Part shown: positions 45,847 through 63,904 of the stretch, piece after piece
Numbering within the stretch: the stretch's first letter is position 1
Layout: each line of letters starts with the position of its first letter
Source of the DNA: Paraspadella gotoi
Lineage: Eukaryota > Animalia > Chaetognatha
DNA: 63,904 nt
NCBI GenBank assembly: GCA_051294375.1
Contig: CM119266.1
Span: forward strand, 6,031,431 to 6,095,334
Direction: 5' to 3'
Program-made: the position numbers and the translations under genes
The notes under the pieces: model-generated
Databases searched by the model: none
The model's input: only the letters and a program-made list of their open reading frames with translations
What the model was told of the DNA's origin: nothing

Positions 45847-48800
45847 CGCGACTTAGATTATTATTGATTTCGATTAGAGAGAAAATAAAAACGAGCGATT
45901 AAATTCGAAAAGAGAGAGAGAAAAAAAAAATTATGTTTTTTAAAAATTAGAATTTAAAATCGAAATAAAAAAAAATTTGGATAAAATCGTTGGCATAAAA
46001 AAAAATAATAAAGTTTTATTAAAGTTGATCCAGGTTCTCTTTTTGAAAGCCAGCGGCAGTAGCCAGCGGGACTCCGCCGCGACAGGAGCCGCGCCGCCGC
46101 TGCTCCGCCAGGAGTCACGACAGCAGTGTCCATCAGTCATCAGCAGCAGCAATCTCCATCAGACAGCAGCGGCAGCGACTCCATCAGTCAGCAGCTGCAT
46201 TCGTTGATACTATTGCGGGACACGAATATCCCTTTCTCCCTTGTTTCAGTTTTTACCAGAAATTTGCTGTAAACTATTTTTTGATTCGATAATCGTGCNN
46301 NNNNNNNNNNNNNNNNNNNNNNNNNNNNNNNNNNNNNNNNNNNNNNNNNNNNNNNNNNNNNNNNNNNNNNNNNNNNNNNNNNNNNNNNNNNNNNNNNNNN
46401 NNNNNNNNNNNNNNNNNNNNNNNNNNNNNNNNNNNNNNNNNNNNNNNNNNNNNNNNNNNNNNNNNNNNNNNNNNNNNNNNNNNNNNNNNNNNNNNGCTCG
46501 CCTTTTAAGTTTTCAGAAAGAAGATTTTTATTGATTTTTTGAGTCAGACGAATTTTGTTGTTGTTGTTGTCCTCGACGTTTTTGGTGGTCTGCCGTCGTC
46601 GTTGTTGTTGTCGTCGAATGAATTGCTCTTTTGTTTCTTTCGTATTTAAACCAAAAAAAAAACAGAATTTCTTAATAAAAAATTTCAAGTTCTCTTGAAC
46701 ATTTACCACGGATTATTACATATTCAGTAAATTCCGATGCCCAAATAAACTAAAACCTGGAAAAGCCAGAATAAAATTAAAACTTTTTATCAAATTAGCA
46801 ATCTGAACCAATGACCATGCAAATTTTACAATAACAGACCTAAGAGCTAATAAAACCTTCTAAAAGCCTCCCGAAAGAATATGATGTGGTAGCCTCCTTT
46901 CTCCTCTTCCCTCCTCGACGAAGAGATCTTCCGCGTAAACCTCCAGGACTTCCTTCGGGTCTACGGGACATAGCCGGACATAATCGTCTAAAGGAAGAAG
47001 GGGCTTTAATTGTGTATCGGCGGGGTCTTACCCTAACACGACCCCAACCCCCCGCTGCCCCGTGAAAGATACGTCCAGCTCGCGGCGAGATGTTTACGAT
47101 CGAAAGAAAAACCGGACGAAGAGAAAGCGATTGCCGACTGCGGTTCAGAGAGAGAGAGAGAGAGAGAGCGGACTTTTACCGACTCTATCAATTTGGGTTC
47201 GTTTTTATTGTTCGCGTCCGACTTTTTTCTTCCAAAAGATTTGGCAGTTTCTCTTTAAAATGTCGAAATTCCTTCAGGAACTTTATTGCCTACCTTTCGG
47301 TAGAGAGCGTCTGCGTACAGCTTAAAATTTTGACTTTATACGTCGCCCTTGATTCGCCGAGCGAATCTTAGATTAACCTTTGAGCGTTTTTATAGGAACA
47401 TTTTTTTGGTTAATTTAATTTAGAAGAAAGTGCTTGTCCGTTTGACATATATACCACGCTTCTTTGCTAAATTTTTTTCTATAACTATATTTTCATAAAA
47501 AACTACAACGACTGTGCAAAAAAAACGCACCACTCGACTTTACTTCAGACTTTAAAAATGCATCCCTCCTAAAGTTACCTACTTGAATTTTTAAATAAAA
47601 ATTTTTAAAAGTGAATTTAAAGTTTATTGAAAAATGATAAGTTTTGGCAATAAATTTTTATTCTAATAGGGTTATCCACTCTTAGGAGCAATGGTTTTTT
47701 CTAAAAATCAAGTACTTCTTCTCTCGTCTCGAATTGCTCATCAAAAAATCTGCGCACACTAGATTTAGACTAAATACTTTTTCTTCTGATATTTTATAAT
47801 ACTTAAAGTGAGAATTAAAAAATGAAAAAAAAATTATACTCCCCGGACATCCGGAGGCCATAGTCTGCGCATAACTTGATTGCCCCCAGAACCTAAATAA
47901 TAATCTTTAACCCAAAGTTACTTAAAACATATGATAAGACAGGTTCATGATGCTCAAAAATGTCCTTTATTAATCCTCGAATTTAAAGTTTATAAGTGGC
48001 GCGTTTTTTTTGTACAGGACTGTATAGTGTATACTCTTCAATTAAATGACTTTATCATTATCATATGTGATGTTTCTTTGTTTCTTTCTCGCCATTATCT
48101 TTCGGTCCCTCTCATCGTGTACTTCATTATTCCTCTTTTTTTTAAAATTCACAATCGCCGTCAAGCAACCCGATGAGGGTAATGGTGGGCCACATAAGGG
48201 TAGGTCACATCAATCAAAGGACAAAGTCTCCCGTGCATAACACAAATGCAATTCCCTCCTGTCTAACTCCTATCTAATGCCTGGATGTCTCTGTCCTTCC
48301 GTTCCTCAATCCACCAATTGTCCCGTTCTCCACACTCCTCTCTCGACGAAAACCGTTTGCTCGTTGTCTATTATTTTTGACAAACCCATTACCCAAATTT
48401 TATTGTTCTTCCCTCTCCTCTTACCTCCCTCTCTCTCTTCTTCTTCTCCTCCTCTCTTTGACGCCAGCGACTTGTGATCTCTGGGCCTCTTCAATGGAGA
48501 AGTTTTAGGGTTGACACGCAAGCGCAGTAACAACTCGGGGTTCGAAGTCCTCTAAATATACTCGCGCACCGCGACCCGGTCCCTGGCCGCACAGAACTTT
48601 CTACGGCCTCCGATGACCCTGCCGGTATTAATTGTTATTACGAGGCTCTCTCGGCCCCCGGTGCGAGGTTTCGAGCCACGCTTTGGAATAGACGGACAGA
48701 AAGAGATCGCAAAAAATATCTTCTTTCGCTCTACTACTTTTTTCGCTTAATCGTGCATTTACACCAAAATTATCTCTTCGTGTGGGAATAGAACTCACTT

Positions 48801-50489
48801 CCGTGTTTCTATACGTATATACTATATGCACGACACAGCAAGAGGATGAAAGAAAGAAAAAACGAAACCGAAGAAAGGAAGGGAAAACAAAGAGAAAAAA
48901 AGAAAAAGTAAAGAAAAAAATTAAAATAAAAAGAAAAAAAGAAGGGAAAAAGTTGACAAAACAAGAAATAAAGAAAGAAAAACCAGTGAAAAAGAAGAAA
49001 AAAGGAAAGAAAGAAGAAAAAAATAAAATGCATAAAAGAAAAGAGATAAAGAAAAGAAAGATGGAAAGAAAAGACCAAGTAAAAGTAAAAAAAGAAAGAA
49101 AGAAAGAGGAGGATCTCTAAAGTGCTCCAAATGACTTTCCTGTTTCTGTTTTGAAGACAGAATGTAATGCTCGAGACGTTCGGCTTCTTATGTCTCTTAA
49201 GAAACCTAGAATCCGGTTAATTTCTCGCACTGTTTTGCAATAAATTTTATAAATTGATTGGACTTTTTTCCCTTGAATAGTTAAATTAAATATTAATTAA
49301 TTAATTCATAATCAATTTTCTACGACATTCCCAAATCCTGACTAAAATTATATCTAACCTTTACGTACAGCTTAACAAAGGAGTTTTAGCATTGTTTCAA
49401 ATGAATTGCTAATGAGAGAAAGATTGAAAAAAAAAGGCCTTTTGCGTCTTGTTGTTTTGTTTTTTTGTGCCAAACTTTACGACTGACACATTGACGTGCG
49501 TATTAAAGCAAAATCTAATGAACAAGAAAAATGGTCAAAAAGCTCAAAAATGTTTTCATGTTTTTCTTTTCATGTTTTAGCCCGAGGTTGAGTTTTTCGG
49601 AGCTTTGTCTCCTCTGCTCTCTTCTCTCTCTCTCTCTCTCTCTCTCTTCTCGTCTCCTCTCTCTCTCTCTCTCGTCTCTCTCGCATCGATTATTTATGAA
49701 GTTTTTTCGCGGGGAGAGGGGGAAGAGATTTAAGGTTCAGATAGGGCTTGAGGTGGCGTGGGGAAAGAAGATTTCCAGAAGAAAGCGTGGTTTGTTGTAA
49801 GACGGGGTTTGAGAATAAATAGAAGGGGATCCGCGTGAAAGTCAAAAACGGCTCGGTTCGGAAAAAGTTTGTACGGTTCCTTTCAAAGAAACCAAAATTC
49901 GATTCGCGGAATTTAAAGGCTTTCGACTGCAATTATCGGGTGAAGTGAAAGCAAAGTCAAAGTATACCACGAAAAACTAGCAACCGTTTCTCGTTTTGTA
50001 TTACAAACTATAAACCTTTCTAATATATAATTCCTCAATGCCATTTTCGAATAATAACCAAACCAATTGAATTGTAAAAAAAAACAAGTTTGAGCAACAA
50101 TGGTCGGAATCTGCCCTACGATAATTAATTAATTAATCGAAGTTAATTTAATTAATTAATTAATTAATTAATTTTATCCACTCTATGTAGATCTAATTAA
50201 TCTTTCTAAATTTATACCCTCTTCCAACTTATCAATCATCGATCTCCCTCAAATTTTGGTTAGGAACAGGTTTTATTAAATAAATGTTTTGTTTTACATT
50301 TTAATACTCAACCAACAACAAAAAAAAATATCCTCTATTTTATTTTAGTCTCCTTCTCTCTCTCTCTCTCTCTCAACTCACTCTCTCTCTCTTCCATCAT
50401 CTCTCTCTCTCTCGTCCTTTTTTTTTTTCTGCCAATTGCCGACGAATCTTTATGCTTTTCAGATTCCTCTGCTCTCAGTCCTCTCTCTC

Positions 50490-60762
<10,273 letters not shown>

Positions 60763-60924
60763 GAGAGCGCAAAGGAGGATAGAAACGAGGTAAGAGACAT
60801 AGCTCTTGATCCGGAGAGACGAGAGCTAATGGGGGAACGATGAGCGTACAGACAGATGAACAGGCATAAGAGTTATCAGATAACGGTCAGTTAAATAGTT
60901 TACACCTCCGGAGAACGAATGAAT

Positions 60925-61760
60925 AAAGGAACAAAGACGGAAGCAGATAAACCAGTTACACTGTGGAACGAAGCAGTAAAGCATTATACAAAGGAACAGA
61001 AGCAGTAAACCAGTTACACTGTGGAACAAAAGCAGTAAAGCAGTTATAATACAAAGGAACGAAAAGCAGTAAACCAGTTACACTGTGGAACGAAGCAGTA
61101 AAGCAGTTATACAAAGGAACGAAGCAGTAAAGTAGTTATACAAGAAGGAACGCAGTAAAGCACAGGACTCTTAATCCTGGGGGGTTTTTTCGTGGGTTCG
61201 AGCCCCACATTTGGGGCCGCCAACTCTATCTGGGTGGGGGTAATCTGGGTCTAAAACTAACGAGAGGCAAAAATAGAAGAAGGCAAAATTTGGAAAAACG
61301 TGTAGTAACTCTAAAAAGGCAGAAAAAAGGTGTACAAAAAACAGGGAAGGGAGAATCGGAAGGAGCGGCAGAAAGGAGAAAGTAAGAAGAGAGAAAGGAA
61401 CGAGAAGAAAGAAGTGAAAAACTGGGTGAGCCTCGAGCCCTGGGTCTAAGGAGGACGGAAGAGGAGGGTGAATGCGTGGATGACGAGACACGAGACTCGC
61501 GATCTGGCTGGTTTTGGTCGTTGGCTAAGGAACAAAGCAAGTATAAGCAGGTAGCAAAAGAACGAAGCAGTAAAACCCCAGTTACACAGTGGAACAAAGC
61601 AGTTAAACTGTGGAATGAAGTAGTAAAGCATTTATATACAAAGAAACGAAGCAGTAAAGCAGTTAGACTGTGAAACGAAGCAGTTAAGCAGTTATTCGAA
61701 GGAATGAAGCTGTAAAGCAGTTATACGAAGTAATGAAGCTATAAAGCAGTTATACTTAGT
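60925..61760. repeat. Degenerate ~28-bp minisatellite (ggaacgaagcagtaaa(g/c)cagtta...) interrupted by a ~380-bp insertion
   Basis: Repeats at 60925-61160 and 61545-61760 flank the tRNA-bearing segment. Confidence 0.8.
61153..61222 (+). pseudogene. tRNA-Lys(CTT)-derived 3' fragment (part of D arm, anticodon arm, T arm, acceptor 3' strand, CCA)
   Basis: cagtaaagcacaggactCTTaatcctgggggg...tcgtgggttcgagccccacatttggggccgcca resembles metazoan tRNA-Lys-CTT (…GGTAGAGCATGAGACTCTTAATCTCAGGGTCGTGGGTTCGAGCCCCACGTTGGGCG, recalled from memory). The 5' acceptor strand is absent and homopolymers are expanded. Confidence 0.7.
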
Positions 61761-62669
61761 ACAAAGAAACAAAGAAGTTATACATAAAAAGAAACAAATA
61801 AAAATGTAGTACCACTGCCGAAGCAGAGAAATGTACTACTAGTAGGAGCTATTCAAAGAAACGCTGTTAAAAGACACAGCGAAGCAGTCACACTCAAAAG
61901 AGTAGTTTAGTAGTTAAATTTAGAAAGCTCTGCAGCTGACCAGATTTTGTGAAAAAGGACAGAAGCTGTAAAGTAGAAGCAGTATTTAATGCAGGAGATA
62001 AATTCAGTTTCACTTTAGGAAGAAGAATTTCATGGAGAGATGAATAAACAAAACTGGAGAAGTGGAGATAATTGATTGTAGAAGAAGTTTATTTTGAGTT
62101 TATTTTACATTTTAAATTGAATGTGTAGTAGAAACGTTACAAGATTACTTCCTCTCTGTAACTCTACTAAAGATTGGCTGCAACCTAAAATAACAACAAC
62201 AACAAAATTTACTGAATGATTCATAGTCTACGTGAATAGGAGAAGAAATGAAATCGTCATTCCTCCGAATTGAAGATTTTCTGGGCGGAAATCGAAAATA
62301 TCCCGCAATTGACTTCATTTGCAGATTCACTCCGATCTAAATGGACCGAGTCGTAAATTGAGCCGGTAGAGGATCGATTGCCTTGCTGATGGACACCTGA
62401 TGGTCGTAATTAAGGGTGGACGGCGGCCAACGAGGCTGAGGCTCGGATAGATCCGACAAAAAAAAAGAGAGAGGATCTCTCATCGTCACAGTACGAATCT
62501 CATCTTCTCTTTCCATTGATTGCTCATACCATGCACACGGTGGAATCTACNNNNNNNNNNNNNNNNNNNNNNNNNNNNNNNNNNNNNNNNNNNNNNNNNN
62601 NNNNNNNNNNNNNNNNNNNNNNNNNNNNNNNNNNNNNNNNNNNNNNNNNNNNNNNNNNNNNNNNNNNNN

Positions 62670-62703
<34 letters not shown>

Positions 62704-62789
62704 GAATGAAAAGAGTGAAAATATTGATGATATCGTTGTCTCTATTGATGTCATTCCTGATGCTCTCAATATCGATTGCATCTAAGACG

Positions 62790-63040
62790 TTTCCGATGGC
62801 ATAAATGACAACGTTGAAAATGCCATCAATGACAACCTTGCAGAGGCTATTAATGAAAACGTTGCAATTGCCATTTATGACAACATTGCAGGTACCATTA
62901 ATGATAACGTTGCAGAGGCCATTAATGTCGATGTTAAATTTGCCATCAATGACAACCTTGCAGTTGCCATTTATGACAAAATTGCAGATGCTATCAATGA
63001 CAACGTTGAAAACGCCATCAATGACGTTGCAGATGCCATC
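62790..63040. repeat. Cryptic 24-bp (8-codon) tandem repeat, about 10 units
   Basis: Unit approximately aatgacaacgttgcagatgccatc. Substitutions keep the 24-nt period. Confidence 0.85.
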
Positions 63041-63079
63041 TCTTTGATGTCGTCGCTGAATCCATACTTAATCCTCCCT

Positions 63080-63410
63080 TTAATTCATTCGGCGAATCTT
63101 CGCTGCCTCGAAAACTTGGTTGGGTGGCAATTCGTCTTCGTCATCATCTTTGTCATTAATCTTTCTTATCATCTTCGTCATCATCTTCGTCATCGTCTTC
63201 ATTGCGGTCCTCGTCGTTTTCGTTTTCGTATTCGTCTTCATAGTCGTCGTCGTTGTGGTCTCTGTTTTGGTCGTCGTCGTAATCATCTTCATTGTCGTCC
63301 TGGTCATCGTATTCATCATTATCTTTCTTGTGGTTTTCCTCGTCTTCTTCATCGTTGTCATTGTGGTCGTTGTCATCATTCTCATCGTTATCACTTTCGG
63401 TGTAGTCTCG

Positions 63411-63456
<46 letters not shown>

Positions 63457-63500
63457 TATTCGTCGTCGTCGTCGTGAGTTCCGTCATAAGCTTCTTGTAA
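63080..63500 (-). other. Possible Asp/Glu/Asn-rich coding segment, broken by an apparent 1-nt insertion near 63157
   Basis: The - strand reads ...QEAYDGTHDDDDEYDDD...RDYTESDNDENDDNDHNDNDEEDEENHKKDNDEYDDQDDNEDDY...DDKKD, then (shifted) NDKDDDEDELPPNQVFEAAKIRRMN*. No start codon or splice site was established. Confidence 0.3.
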
Positions 63501-63753
63501 TTTGCTAAGAGCTCAAATATTAATCGTAATAAGCCTCTCATAGTGAGAATCGATTCTCTCCGAGGTCATACGAAGTTATTTTTAGAAATGCGGAATTGCG
63601 ATGAACCCAATTTGAACCAAAATGTGGATCAGTCCTAATTGAATATAAACGTCCCGTTTATTTTCTGAGCTGAGTAAATAATTTTATCAGCAGAAATCAT
63701 TGTAGAAATTATCACTTGTATTTCAAAAGTTATAGTCTGTGAGCAACCGACGA

Positions 63754-63836
<83 letters not shown>

Positions 63837-63904
63837 CTTTCTATGTCTCACTCCTCCTATCTCGATGTATCTTTTTCTATCTTTCTATCTTTTTTTCTCT
63901 ATTT

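Noticed and set aside
62145-62460. Possible minus-strand exons
   Set aside because: All frames tried contain stops and no recognisable motif was found.

Overview
AT-rich, microsatellite-dense eukaryotic (metazoan-looking) genomic DNA from a gapped, locally error-rich assembly; most of the supplied ORFs are low-complexity artefacts. Three genes can be built by hand with GT-AG introns whose phases match. (1) + strand 2971-7166: an NLR/STAND-like gene with a DZIP3-type HEPN domain (RNEFAH), a NACHT NTPase and a KLHDC1/2-like kelch propeller. One intron (5561-6078) joins NACHT to kelch, and a single in-frame TGA (3670-3672) separates HEPN from NACHT. This is the most interesting locus. (2) + strand 9331-14627: a six-exon divergent class-A-GPCR-like membrane protein whose last intron holds a DINE-1/HINE-like element. 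(3) - strand 25090-18479: a five-exon, 121-aa acidic Ala/Glu/Lys-rich protein ending in KKKLQCCSIL (CaaX). The rest contains a ~4.6 kb array of a structured 70-bp repeat, several MITE-like elements, a tRNA-Lys(CTT)-derived fragment ending in CCA, and two large inverted duplications centred on 25-N gaps that are probably assembly artefacts. All calls are by eye; no searches were run.
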